Part shown: in pieces, positions 1 through 9,815 of the stretch | Numbering within the stretch: the stretch's first letter is position 1 | How the letters are laid out: every line of letters begins with the position of its first letter | NCBI GenBank assembly: GCA_964598395.1 | Contig: CAZRBW010000003.1 | Coordinates: forward strand, 27,972 to 91,971 | Source: an uncultured Roseivirgaceae bacterium | Lineage (GTDB): Bacteria; Bacteroidota; Bacteroidia; Cytophagales; Cyclobacteriaceae | Length of the DNA stretch: 64,000 nt | Reading direction: 5' to 3' | Made by a program: the position numbers and the translations under genes | The notes under the pieces: model-generated | Told to the model about the DNA's origin: nothing | Databases searched by the model: none | What the model saw: only the letters and a program-made list of their open reading frames with translations

Positions 1-312
1 CTTTCTTTTTATGATAAGATAAGTGAACAATCCTCAAAGAGAAAATGGAATTCACATGCTAATCGATCAAAACCCGTGTCATACCGACTATCTATCGGTA
101 GAATAAAGAAAACAAATACACAGCCTTTTTGGCTGGTCTTAACTTGGCTCAGATAAGCGAGTTCTCCTTAATTTTCGCTTGCTTTCTATCCTCCCGCAAA
201 TCTTCAATGCATTGCAATTCGAGTGCACAATAACCCTAATTTTATTGCTTTTCATTTTTAGATATGAAATTTGTCTTTATCTTATTGAAAATAAATAAGC
301 TTTTACTAAACT

Positions 313-1161
313 ATGAATTTCGAGGAAGCAGAATTTCTAGCATTAAAAAATAGACAAGAGTTTATTAGCGCTGCTAGCAAAAAAAACATTGATATAAGTA
401 ACGCCATCAATAAGCTAAAATACGAAACCGTACTTACCCAATTACAAACCGAGCTTGTGGCATTGCAACAGTGGATTCACCAAAATAAAATGCGGGTGGT
501 GGTGATATTTGAAGGGAGGGATGCGGCTGGTAAGGGTGGTTCGATAAAGCGATTTACCGAGCATCTAAATCCTCGATATTCTAATAGAATAGCCCTGCCA
601 AAGCCTACCGAAATTGAAAGAGGCCAATGGTATTTTCGTAGGTATATAAAAGAATTGCCAAACCCTGGGGAAATTGTGTTCTTTGATAGGAGCTGGTATA
701 ATCGAGCTGTAGTAGAGCCTGTAATGGGTTTTTGCAATGCAAAGGAATACAATCAATTTATGGTTCAAGTGCCTGAATTTGAGCATATGTTACACGAAGA
801 TGGTGTAAAAGTTATCAAATTTTGGTTTTCGATTTCCAAAGACGAACAGAAGAATCGGTTTACAGCAAGGCTGAAAAGTCCACTGAAAAGATGGAAGTAC
901 AGTCCTGTGGATATGAAAGGACAAGAATTGTGGGAAAGCTACACCAAATACAAAGAATTAATGTTCAGCCGAACCCACACCAATTATAGTCCATGGATTA
1001 TCGTGAAAACGAATGATAAAAAGCAGGCTCGACTTGAGAGTATGCGGTATGTATTGTCTCAATTCGATTTTCCATTGAGTGCAAAATCGTCTGTTTCTAT
1101 CTTTCCCGATCCTAATATAATCATGCGATATCATCGTAGTGCCGACCAAATAGATATATAA
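313..1161 (+). CDS. ppk2: Polyphosphate kinase 2 (PPK2) family protein, copy 1
   Basis: 282-aa ORF with the P-loop-like motif FEGRDAAGKGG and the FDRSWYNR motif typical of single-domain PPK2 polyphosphate:nucleotide phosphotransferases. Confidence 0.9.
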   Translation: MNFEEAEFLALKNRQEFISAASKKNIDISNAINKLKYETVLTQLQTELVALQQWIHQNKMRVVVIFEGRDAAGKGGSIKRFTEHLNPRYSNRIALPKPTEIERGQWYFRRYIKELPNPGEIVFFDRSWYNRAVVEPVMGFCNAKEYNQFMVQVPEFEHMLHEDGVKVIKFWFSISKDEQKNRFTARLKSPLKRWKYSPVDMKGQELWESYTKYKELMFSRTHTNYSPWIIVKTNDKKQARLESMRYVLSQFDFPLSAKSSVSIFPDPNIIMRYHRSADQIDI

Positions 1162-1167
1162 GTTGCT

Positions 1168-1938
1168 ATGGAAAAGCTAAGTAAAAATGCCGTAAAGCTC
1201 TTAAATAGTAAAATTGGTTTAAAATACCTTTTAGCTGACAAGGAGATTGATTTGAAGAAGGTATTGAATCGAACCAGATATGAATATGAACTTGTTCGAT
1301 TGCAAGCTAGGCTAGTAAAGTTGCAAACTTGGGTTATTGAAAATGGCAAAAAAGTAGTAGTGATATTTGAAGGACGGGATGCTGCAGGAAAAGGCGGTGC
1401 GATTCGTCGAATCACTGAACATATAAATCCACGTCATTTTAAAATTATTGCACTTGATATACCTTCAGAGGACGAAGCTCACCAATGGTTTTTTCAGCGA
1501 TATGTCAACCATTTACCCAAGCCGGGCCAAATGGTCTTCTTTGATCGGAGCTGGTATAATCGGGCAATTGTGGAGCCTGTGAATGGATTCTGTACAGATA
1601 AGGAGTATCGAGTATTCATGAGCCAAGTGAATGAATTCGAAAAAATGCTTATCCAATCAGAGATCTATTTGATTAAGTTTTATTTCTCTATCAACAAAGC
1701 AGAGCAAGCACAACGCTTTGATGATATTGAAAATAGTCCGCTGAAGAGATGGAAATTGACAGCCGTCGACAAAAGAGCACAGGAGCTTTGGGATGATTAC
1801 ACCAAATACAAGAACGCTATGTTTGAAGCTACTAATACTCAACTAGCACCTTGGACAGTTATTGAGGCAAATAAAAAAACTAAAGCAAGAATTGCAGCCA
1901 TAAATCATATTCTGCGTACTATACCATATGCATTGTAG
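1168..1938 (+). CDS. ppk2: Polyphosphate kinase 2 (PPK2) family protein, copy 2 (tandem paralog)
   Basis: 256-aa ORF starting 6 nt after copy 1. It has the same FEGRDAAGKGG and FDRSWYNRA motifs and is collinear with copy 1 over its whole length. Confidence 0.9.
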   Translation: MEKLSKNAVKLLNSKIGLKYLLADKEIDLKKVLNRTRYEYELVRLQARLVKLQTWVIENGKKVVVIFEGRDAAGKGGAIRRITEHINPRHFKIIALDIPSEDEAHQWFFQRYVNHLPKPGQMVFFDRSWYNRAIVEPVNGFCTDKEYRVFMSQVNEFEKMLIQSEIYLIKFYFSINKAEQAQRFDDIENSPLKRWKLTAVDKRAQELWDDYTKYKNAMFEATNTQLAPWTVIEANKKTKARIAAINHILRTIPYAL

Positions 1939-2003
1939 CATTGCTTGCAATTCTATTTAAAATAGTATTTCAATTTTTCTAATTATACATAAAACCATTA
2001 TCA

Positions 2004-2318
2004 ATGAAAATTCAACTTAATTCAGACAATAATATCGAAGGAACAGATGACCTAAAGGGCTATTTGGACGAAACTATAAGCAAAGGCTTGAGCAGATTTT
2101 CAGAACAAATCACAAGAATAGAAGTCCATGTTTCTGATGAGAACGGAGCGAAAGGTGGCCAAAAAGACAAACGTTGCTTATTAGAAGCTCGCTTAGCAGG
2201 TTTTGATCCTATAGCTGTTACTCATCAAGCTGATACGCTGCACCAATCTGTATCAGGCGCAGTTGATAAAATGAAAGCAGCCCTCGATACCCGGATTGGA
2301 AAGCTTAGAAATCATTAG
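2004..2318 (+). CDS. HPF/RaiA-family ribosome-associated (hibernation-type) protein, short form
   Basis: 104-aa ORF whose size and sequence pattern (MKIQL..., ITRIEVHVSDENG..., CLLEARL...) match short sigma54-modulation/S30EA-type proteins. Confidence 0.7.
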   Translation: MKIQLNSDNNIEGTDDLKGYLDETISKGLSRFSEQITRIEVHVSDENGAKGGQKDKRCLLEARLAGFDPIAVTHQADTLHQSVSGAVDKMKAALDTRIGKLRNH

Positions 2319-2325
2319 AATTTAC

Positions 2326-2357
2326 AATGCTGACCCATTAGAGTCAGCATTTTTTTT
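2326..2357 (+). terminator. Rho-independent terminator after the HPF-like gene
   Basis: Hairpin aatgctgac/gtcagcatt followed by a T7 run. Confidence 0.8.
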
Positions 2358-2490
2358 CCCTTTCTATGCGTAATTATTGAATATCAATCATATAACGTCT
2401 ACAATTTTCTGAATACATTATTTATCTAACCCATTTTCAATTATATTAGCAACATCTAATGTATATACACGTATTTGTGACATATAATTA

Positions 2491-2946
2491 ATGAGGATGA
2501 AGCTAGAAGAAGCCATACAGCAGAAGAAGTTTGTAAGCGAGAGGCAAAAAGCCAACTTGAATATAATGTACACCTCCTCTTGGATCACGGGTAAGATTAG
2601 TTCGGTGCTCAAGCCTCACGGCATTTCACCACAGCAATTCAACATTCTACGAATCCTGAACGGGCAAAAGGGTAAGCCAGCTACAGTGAAAATGCTAACC
2701 GAGCGAATGATTGACAAGATGTCAAATACGAGCAGGTTGGTAGAGAAGCTCAAAATGAAAGGTTTGGTTGATCGCCGAGAATGTGAGCAAGATCGGAGAC
2801 AAGTAGATATATTTCTGACTGATAACGGATTAAAAATAATGAATGAGTGCTCTACTGAAATTTCGAATAAAGTAGAAGCGGCATTGAATCTGACGGAAGA
2901 AGAAGCTGGAATTTTAAATAAATTACTAGATAAAATAAGAGCTTAG
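2491..2946 (+). CDS. MarR family transcriptional regulator
   Basis: 151-aa ORF with a winged-HTH pattern (ISPQQFNILRIL..., LVDRRECEQDRRQVDIFLTDNG) typical of MarR. Confidence 0.85.
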   Translation: MRMKLEEAIQQKKFVSERQKANLNIMYTSSWITGKISSVLKPHGISPQQFNILRILNGQKGKPATVKMLTERMIDKMSNTSRLVEKLKMKGLVDRRECEQDRRQVDIFLTDNGLKIMNECSTEISNKVEAALNLTEEEAGILNKLLDKIRA

Positions 2947-2967
2947 CATGGCTTAAAATGTAAGTAC

Positions 2968-2995
2968 AAAGCGATCATGAGGTCGCTTTTTTTTA
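2968..2995 (+). terminator. Rho-independent terminator after marR
   Basis: Hairpin aaagcgatc/ggtcgcttt followed by a T-run. Confidence 0.7.
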
Positions 2996-3021
2996 TTCAA
3001 GGCAATCTTGCATATTAGTTT

Positions 3022-3753
3022 ATGGATAATATTTATCAACAAATATTCACGATACGAGCTTCTGAAATAGATCAACAAAAGCGATTGAGAATAGATGCAT
3101 TTGCTGCCCAATTGCAAGAAGTAGCATGGGAGCATGCCAATGTTTTGAATGTAGGCAAGCAATTTTTTGAAGAAAATAGATTTTGGGTATTGTCTCGCTT
3201 GCAAATTAAAGTAAATAGATTGCCAACATGGGGTGAAGAAGTTATACTAAAAACATGGCCAAAAGGAATTGATAAGCTTTTTGCGTTACGGGATTTTGAA
3301 ATGAAAACGCGGGAGGGAGAAGTTCTTTTAAGTGCCACTTCGGCTTGGCTGATAATGAATAGAACATCCCGCCGTCCAATCCGCCCAGATGAAATAATAA
3401 GTAGGCTAAAACCAATAGCAAATGTAGAAGCTATAGCAGGTACGGCGCCAAAAATTGAAAGTGCCCAAACAACCTCCCGCCATATTTGCACACGAACGGC
3501 TCGAGCATCCGATTTGGATATGAACGGTCATGTAAACAACGTTGCCTACCTCCGCTGGGCTTTAGATGGAGCAGCAGAATTGAGCGCTATAGAAGCTATG
3601 TCTTTTTCCGAAATATCAATAAATTATCAATCAGAAAGCTTTTTACTTGAAGAAATAAGTCTTTCAATTGCTTCTGAATCAAATCATTCATGTATAATGA
3701 CGGGTATTTCGAACCGTGACCAAAGAAAAGTATTTACGGTAAGGTTAAATTGA
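3022..3753 (+). CDS. Acyl-ACP thioesterase family protein
   Basis: 243-aa ORF with a double hot-dog layout and FatA/FatB-like motifs (IRASEID..., DLDMNGHVNNVAYLRW). Confidence 0.8.
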   Translation: MDNIYQQIFTIRASEIDQQKRLRIDAFAAQLQEVAWEHANVLNVGKQFFEENRFWVLSRLQIKVNRLPTWGEEVILKTWPKGIDKLFALRDFEMKTREGEVLLSATSAWLIMNRTSRRPIRPDEIISRLKPIANVEAIAGTAPKIESAQTTSRHICTRTARASDLDMNGHVNNVAYLRWALDGAAELSAIEAMSFSEISINYQSESFLLEEISLSIASESNHSCIMTGISNRDQRKVFTVRLN

Positions 3754-3825
3754 ATAATTTGGATTAATTTCGAGTGGACAAAAGATTAAATCTGTCAAAT
3801 TAATTATGGGTTATAGATCTTTCTT

Positions 3826-5856
3826 ATGAGAGCAGCTTCCTTTATCCTATTTACCTATGCGTTTATTGGTGTTGCTTTTTTTGCTTCTAGTCAAACCAAA
3901 TTAGACAGTTTACTTACAGTGCTACCAGCCCAAAAGGATTTTGAGCAGCTCAAAACATTAAATAATCTTGTATATGAGTATGCTTTTTTCGATACAGAAT
4001 CTGCTGAGTTTTATGGATTGAAAGCTTATGATTTAGCTTCTCGCTTAGGAGATGAAAGAGAGAGGATAGAAACCATGAACTACTTTGGCATTGCTTTAAT
4101 AGCCGCAAGGAAGTTTGACGATGCTAAAGAAATTTTGGAAAATGCTAGGGATCTTGCAGAAGAGAGCGGATATAAAAAAGCCTTAGCGAATGCTTTTAAT
4201 AACTTAGGCAGGTACTATTATGCGCTATCTAATTTCCCAATTGCCCTAGAGCATTTTCTACTAGCTAAAGAACTCCGTGAAGAAATTGGAGATAGTTTGG
4301 GTTTGGCTGCTTCTTATAATAACCTAGGAGTGATTGAGAATCAGCAAGGGAATTATCAGCAAACTAGAGAGTATTTAGAAAAAGCATATTTTTTCTATTT
4401 GAAAACCGGTGACTTAGAAAGATCGGGTACCTCCCTTAATAACATTGGTAATTTTTATAGAGATCAAGGATCTTTGGATAAAGCAATAGAAGCTTACCTT
4501 GAAGGCATCAGGATCATCGAGAAAGTAGGTAAGAATCATGAATTAGCCATTTTGCAAAATAACTTGGCCATTGCGTTGGCTAAAAACGACGAACTTGAAA
4601 GGGCATTAGAATTTGTAAATAAAGCCTTGGCATTTAGAAGGGCTGGTACTAATGACAATGAGAAGATTTCTGTATTGAACACTACGGGTAATATTTTGCT
4701 CCAGTTAGGTAAATTAGATAGTGCATTAATCTTGTTGAAGGAAGCGGAAGAACTTATTATAGATAATACTCAAAATGCCTTGTATCTGGAAATTTCCAAG
4801 AATCTGGCTGATGCTTATGCAAATTTGGGAGATTATGATCAAGGTTTCTTGTATATGGAAAAAGCCTTTGCACTAAAAGACAGTGTGAATAGTGCAGAAA
4901 AGCAAAAAGCATTGCAAGAAATGAAAAATCGCTTTGAACTTGATAAATATCAAGAGGAATTGGCAATGCTCAATTTAGAATCCGAATCTCAGCAAAACTC
5001 AATCAAGCGACTCTTTGTAATTAGTCTAGCAGTAGGGGCAATTGTGGTAATACTAGTGATTTTACTGTATTTTCTGTTCCGATCAAGCAACCAAAAAAAG
5101 AAATTAAACGATGAGCTTCAGCTTAGTTCAATGCTGATAGAGAAGCAAAGGAACTCCTTGATTGAGCTAAATAAGGAGAAGGATTATTTCTTAAGAATAG
5201 TGGCACATGATATTGCCAATCAGCTTGCCAACATAAAAGGCTTGCTTACCTTGATGGAGCATGACAAGAATGATGGAGTTGACAGATGTGAGTTGGATCA
5301 TTATTGTGAAAGAATTGATAGCATCACTGGCAATATGATTCTGATGGTGCGCAAAGTTTTAGACGTTCGGAATTTAGAGTTAGCAGTACTTGTACCTGAT
5401 ATGAAATCAGTTAATGTTCATGATTTGATTCAGAATTTACTTTTGTCTTACAAGGAAAAAGCGCGAAGTAAAAATATCAAAATCCTAGAACCTAAACTTT
5501 CGATTGAAGAAAGTATAATTTCTGATCCTCAGTTTTTGATGCAGGCATTGGATAATTTACTAAACAATGCCATCAAATTTTCTCCCGTGGATTCTCAAGT
5601 TGGTATTGATATTCAAAAAAATAGTGAGGCTCTAGTTTTTTCTGTTTTTGATGATGGTCCAGGTATTCCACCGAATGAATCTGATAGACTTTTCGAAAAA
5701 TATTCGAAGCTATCAACTAAGCCCACAGCCGGCGAGGATTCCAATGGTTTGGGTTTATCTATAGTTCGAAAATATGTAACGGTTTTGGGTGGGGAAGTTT
5801 GGCAAGAAAATCGTCCAGAAGGAGGTTCAGTATTTAAGATTAAGCTACCATTGTGA
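3826..5856 (+). CDS. TPR-repeat sensor histidine kinase
   Basis: 676-aa ORF with an N-terminal signal/TM segment, many TPR-like repeats and one TM helix. These are followed by a HisKA H-box (RIVAHDIANQL) and HATPase boxes (LDNLLNNAIKFS, DDGPGI, GLGLSIV). Confidence 0.85.
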   Translation: MRAASFILFTYAFIGVAFFASSQTKLDSLLTVLPAQKDFEQLKTLNNLVYEYAFFDTESAEFYGLKAYDLASRLGDERERIETMNYFGIALIAARKFDDAKEILENARDLAEESGYKKALANAFNNLGRYYYALSNFPIALEHFLLAKELREEIGDSLGLAASYNNLGVIENQQGNYQQTREYLEKAYFFYLKTGDLERSGTSLNNIGNFYRDQGSLDKAIEAYLEGIRIIEKVGKNHELAILQNNLAIALAKNDELERALEFVNKALAFRRAGTNDNEKISVLNTTGNILLQLGKLDSALILLKEAEELIIDNTQNALYLEISKNLADAYANLGDYDQGFLYMEKAFALKDSVNSAEKQKALQEMKNRFELDKYQEELAMLNLESESQQNSIKRLFVISLAVGAIVVILVILLYFLFRSSNQKKKLNDELQLSSMLIEKQRNSLIELNKEKDYFLRIVAHDIANQLANIKGLLTLMEHDKNDGVDRCELDHYCERIDSITGNMILMVRKVLDVRNLELAVLVPDMKSVNVHDLIQNLLLSYKEKARSKNIKILEPKLSIEESIISDPQFLMQALDNLLNNAIKFSPVDSQVGIDIQKNSEALVFSVFDDGPGIPPNESDRLFEKYSKLSTKPTAGEDSNGLGLSIVRKYVTVLGGEVWQENRPEGGSVFKIKLPL

Positions 5857-5977
5857 TTCTTTTAAAAACCAAGGAGCCTACCCAAGTTTTTTTTTCAAAT
5901 TCCATCACAGATTTCTTAAGTCTATTTATTCAAACAAGCAGGAAAAGCTTAATTTTGCCAGTCAAAAATCAATTTCT

Positions 5978-6685
5978 ATGGGAAGAGCATTCGAATTTCG
6001 CAAAGCACGCAAAATGAAGCGTTGGGGCCAAATGGCCAAAACCTTCACTAAAATAGGTAAGGATATTGTAATTGCTGTGAAGGAAGGAGGTCCAGAGCCT
6101 GAAGCTAATGCGCGTCTTCGTGCGATTATTCAAAATGCCAAGGCAGTGAACATGCCGAAGGAAAATGTAGAGCGGGCAATCAAAAAAGCTAGCGCTAAAG
6201 ATGTTGCGAACTACGAGGAGTTGATTTATGAAGGCTATGGTCCACATGGAGTGGCCTTTCTAATTGAAACTGCAACTGACAACCCTTATCGTACTGTTGC
6301 TAATATCAGAATGTATTTTAGCAGATCAAATGGCTCTTTGGGCACAAGTGGTTCAGTGGCTTTTATGTTTGATCACAAATGTTTTTTGAAAATCGCTGCG
6401 GATGGAATTGATGTAGAGGAATTGGAGTTTGAACTGATCGATTTTGGTGCCGAAGAGGTTTTTGAGGACGATGATCAAATAGCTATTTATGGTGATTTCA
6501 CAGCTTTTGGCTCATTACAGAAATACTTAGAGGAAAAAGGACTTGAGGTTTTAAGTTCTGGTTTTGAGCGAATCCCATCGAATTTTGTAGAATTGGATGA
6601 AGAGCAGGAGGAAGAAATCCAAAAGCTTATCGAAAAATTTGAAGAAGATGATGATGTTCAATCCGTCTTTCATAATATGCAGTAA
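5978..6685 (+). CDS. yebC: YebC/PmpR family DNA-binding transcriptional regulator
   Basis: Starts at the internal ATG giving MGRAFEFRKARKMKRWG..., the canonical YebC N-terminus. The track ORF (5789) adds an implausible 63-aa extension that overlaps the kinase gene. Confidence 0.9.
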   Translation: MGRAFEFRKARKMKRWGQMAKTFTKIGKDIVIAVKEGGPEPEANARLRAIIQNAKAVNMPKENVERAIKKASAKDVANYEELIYEGYGPHGVAFLIETATDNPYRTVANIRMYFSRSNGSLGTSGSVAFMFDHKCFLKIAADGIDVEELEFELIDFGAEEVFEDDDQIAIYGDFTAFGSLQKYLEEKGLEVLSSGFERIPSNFVELDEEQEEEIQKLIEKFEEDDDVQSVFHNMQ

Positions 6686-6731
6686 TTCATTCTCAATTAG
6701 TTCTTTTTCCATCAGTTAGCGCACCCATTCA

Positions 6732-7259
6732 ATGAAGAAAATATATGTGGCATCCCGAAATCCTGTGAAAGTGGCTTGTACTCGAGCTGGATTTGAGCGG
6801 TGTTTTCCATATGTGATGTTTGATGTGGAAGGGGTGAATATTCCTTCTGGGGTACCTGACCAGCCAATGACTGATCAGGAAACTTACGATGGGGCAGTAA
6901 AGAGAGCTGAGCGAGCTAGAGAGGCTTTTCCTGATGGTGAATTTTGGGTTGGAATTGAAGGAGGGTTGGATCAAAAGAACGGTGCCATGGAAGCATTTGC
7001 CTGGGTGGTAATTATTGGCAAATTCAAATCTGGAAAATCTAGAACTTCCACCTTTTTTCTGCCGCCAGCCATAGTTGAGCTAGTATTGAAAGGCCATGAG
7101 CTAGGTGATGCTACCGATATTATTTTCAATAAAGACGGTACTAAAATGAAAAGTGGAGCAGTAGGGATGCTAACGCGCGATTTGCTTAACAGAACGGAAT
7201 ATTATGAGCAGGCTATTACACTTGCGTTAATTCCATTTATCAATCCACACCTTTTCTGA
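6732..7259 (+). CDS. yjjX: Inosine/xanthosine triphosphatase (YjjX family non-canonical purine NTPase)
   Basis: 175-aa ORF. The N-terminus VASRNPVKV..., SGVPDQP and FWVGIEGG parallel E. coli YjjX. Confidence 0.8.
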   Translation: MKKIYVASRNPVKVACTRAGFERCFPYVMFDVEGVNIPSGVPDQPMTDQETYDGAVKRAERAREAFPDGEFWVGIEGGLDQKNGAMEAFAWVVIIGKFKSGKSRTSTFFLPPAIVELVLKGHELGDATDIIFNKDGTKMKSGAVGMLTRDLLNRTEYYEQAITLALIPFINPHLF

Positions 7260-7263
7260 TTTA

Positions 7264-8271
7264 TCAAAAACCTTTACTTCGTAAATTCTGGAAATAGGCT
7301 CGCATAGCTTGTTCCCAATTTGCATTCGCATCCCAAGTATCACCAAGATAAATTTCTTGAGCGTAGAGCTGTCGCACATAATATTTGTGAACTAATTGGC
7401 CACCTGGTTGGGCATTTTCTTTAAAGCCAAGTATTTCTCGCAAGTTGCCTTCTGGCGCTCGCAGGAAGCTAAGAATCCACTGAAATCCATTCCGTCGAAG
7501 TACATCCTCGCTTATCGTAGCATTTACCAATTCATATTTGTAAGGATAAGTTCTGGCAATTTCTTCCAGTCGTGCATTTTTTGAGCTCGCATTTGGGTCA
7601 CTTTCTGGAAACATCCTTATGGCGAGGTTGTCCAATTTTAAATCTGGGTTATAGGTTTCAAACCGTTTGTTGGCTGGGATGCTTGCTGCTCTGAAAAACG
7701 CAGGGAAATCTGGAATAAGGAAATTGGTTGAAGCAATACTAGAGCTGCCTAATGCAGTTTTGAATGCCTCATTTAATTGTTCAAATTTATTGAAAGACAC
7801 GTACCAAGCAGTTGCATTACCCTTCACAAAATCAGCATCTTTGCTAAATGGCGCAATAGTCAGTTCCATTCCTCCCGTTCTATTTTGCGATAATATCAGC
7901 ACATTGGCAAATTGACGACGAAGTAATAAAGGCAGTAATTCTTTTTGTGCGTCAGGCCCAGCCACCACTTCTTCTAATTGATAATAGGCGATTGCATCAA
8001 TTTTATTCTCTTGCAAAATAGGATGGATTTTCTTTGCCAAATCTTGCCATGAAGTATTGCCTGGAGATATCAAAACCATGCTTCGCTCACGAAGCAATTC
8101 TGGCGGCAAGGTATTGCCACTTTTCAATTGAGCTAGCTGTGGCATCACCTCTGTGGCTTGAGCATGACTTTTGATTGGCAATATTGCCCAACCGCAAATG
8201 ATAATGACTGTTAAAAATCTAAAAAAATTCAATTTCAGTTTATATTTACCTTTGGATATAAAAGTAACCAC
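7264..8271 (-). CDS. Hypothetical secreted protein
   Basis: 335-aa ORF with an N-terminal hydrophobic signal-like segment. I recognise no family. Long ORF with good coding character. Confidence 0.6.
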   Translation of the reverse strand: MVTFISKGKYKLKLNFFRFLTVIIICGWAILPIKSHAQATEVMPQLAQLKSGNTLPPELLRERSMVLISPGNTSWQDLAKKIHPILQENKIDAIAYYQLEEVVAGPDAQKELLPLLLRRQFANVLILSQNRTGGMELTIAPFSKDADFVKGNATAWYVSFNKFEQLNEAFKTALGSSSIASTNFLIPDFPAFFRAASIPANKRFETYNPDLKLDNLAIRMFPESDPNASSKNARLEEIARTYPYKYELVNATISEDVLRRNGFQWILSFLRAPEGNLREILGFKENAQPGGQLVHKYYVRQLYAQEIYLGDTWDANANWEQAMRAYFQNLRSKGF

Positions 8272-8305
8272 AGCAAATTAACAACGCTATCAATCTAAGA
8301 ATTTT

Positions 8306-9325
8306 ATGAGCTCGATATATTTTTTTTCTAAAACCCATCAATCAATGCAATCGCTAAGAAAATCAATCAGGAATATTTTGAATAAATCAAGTCTAATTTC
8401 CTTTCTATTGATTGTAGGTTTTATTGGATTATTATTTCCAATCGAATTAAGTGCTCAAAAAATTGACAGAGAGCAATTGCTCAAAGATATACAAATACTA
8501 TCTGCCGACGATATGGAAGGTCGCAAGGCTGGAACAGCGGGAGGAGAAAAAGCAAGACAATACTTGATTGAACGCTTTAGAGGCAATCATATTTTGTCCT
8601 ACGAGGGAGGTTACGAGCAACAGTTCAGCTTCAACACATTTCGTGCGAACGAGCGCTTTGATAATAATGTGAATTTGATTGGCTACATCGAAGGTGAGAT
8701 TGAGGACATTATAGTAGTATCTGCACATTATGACCACATAGGCTTTGCAGAAGATAAAATTTATAATGGCGCAGATGACAATGCTTCTGGTGTTTCAGCA
8801 ATGTTAGCAATTGCGGCTTACTTCAAGGAAAATAAGCCAAGGCATACCATAGTATTTGCGGCATTTGATGCGGAGGAGCAAGGTAAAAAAGGAGCGATAT
8901 ATTTCATATCCAAGCCACCCGAGCAATTGCGAAAAGGGCTAATCCGTCTCAACATCAATATGGATATGCTTTCGCAAAATGATAAAAACGAACTTTATGC
9001 GTCTGGTACATTTCACAATCCTTGGCTTAAGCCGATTTTAGAAGAAGTTGCGACTCCAGCAAATTTTACCTTACAATTTGGCCACGATAGGCCAGAGCAG
9101 GGTGCCGACGATTGGACAAATTCATCCGATCATGGCCCATTCCATAAGGAAGGTATTCCATTCATTTATTTTGGCGTGGAGGATCATGCCAATTACCACC
9201 AAGCGACGGATACTTTTGAAAATATCCATCCAGACTTTTACTATAATGCTGCATCATTTGTGTTGGATGCAATTATTCGTTTGGATAAAGTGGACTTGAT
9301 GACGGCACCATCCTCCCGCGATTAA
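8306..9325 (+). CDS. M28 family metallopeptidase (aminopeptidase)
   Basis: 339-aa ORF with a signal/TM segment and Zn-ligand motifs SAHYDH, DDNASG and DAEEQG. The start may be at an internal Met. Confidence 0.85.
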   Translation: MSSIYFFSKTHQSMQSLRKSIRNILNKSSLISFLLIVGFIGLLFPIELSAQKIDREQLLKDIQILSADDMEGRKAGTAGGEKARQYLIERFRGNHILSYEGGYEQQFSFNTFRANERFDNNVNLIGYIEGEIEDIIVVSAHYDHIGFAEDKIYNGADDNASGVSAMLAIAAYFKENKPRHTIVFAAFDAEEQGKKGAIYFISKPPEQLRKGLIRLNINMDMLSQNDKNELYASGTFHNPWLKPILEEVATPANFTLQFGHDRPEQGADDWTNSSDHGPFHKEGIPFIYFGVEDHANYHQATDTFENIHPDFYYNAASFVLDAIIRLDKVDLMTAPSSRD

Positions 9326-9326
9326 A

Positions 9327-9755
9327 CTACCTTGCAAATATCTGAGATGGATCTTGGAATGATTTGAACTCCAAGGCATTTCCGCTTGGGTCAAGAAAAA
9401 ACATTGTGGCTTGCTCACCAACTTCTCCTTTGAATCTGATATAAGGTTCAATTATGAAGTCTGTTCCAACTTCTTTCAGTTTGTCAGCTAAGATATGCCA
9501 TTGCTCCCAAGGCAAAACAGCGCCAAAGTGCCTTACAGGTACAGACTTAGCATCTACTTCGTTGGTTTTGGCATTGCTTAGTTCCTCTGGTTTCAGGTGA
9601 GCCGAAAGCTGATGGCCAAAGAAATTAAAGTCCACCCATTTGTCGGTAAATCGGCCCATTTCACAGCCAAGTAATTCTCCATAAAAGGTTTTAGTTGCTT
9701 CCAAATCGGCAACTGGAAAAGCAAGATGAAAAGGTGTATAATTTAAAGTGCTCAT
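9327..9755 (-). CDS. VOC (glyoxalase/bleomycin-resistance/dioxygenase) family protein
   Basis: 142-aa ORF with a VOC-type N-terminus ([17 protein letters not shown]). Confidence 0.8.
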   Translation of the reverse strand: MSTLNYTPFHLAFPVADLEATKTFYGELLGCEMGRFTDKWVDFNFFGHQLSAHLKPEELSNAKTNEVDAKSVPVRHFGAVLPWEQWHILADKLKEVGTDFIIEPYIRFKGEVGEQATMFFLDPSGNALEFKSFQDPSQIFAR

Positions 9756-9815
9756 TTTTGTAGATAATAAAGTAATTTAGAAATTGAGTTTCCAATACAA
9801 GCGCAAGTTGCTAAA

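Noticed and set aside
1-312. Possible partial gene at the left edge.
   Set aside because: No frame on either strand stays open across the edge with plausible coding character. There are only small hairpins (for example cagcc-ttttt-ggctg), so I treat it as non-coding upstream region of ppk2.
5789-5977. 63-aa N-terminal extension of the YebC-family ORF.
   Set aside because: It overlaps the 3' end of the histidine kinase gene and has no homology-like features. The canonical YebC N-terminus MGRAFEFRKARK starts at 5978.
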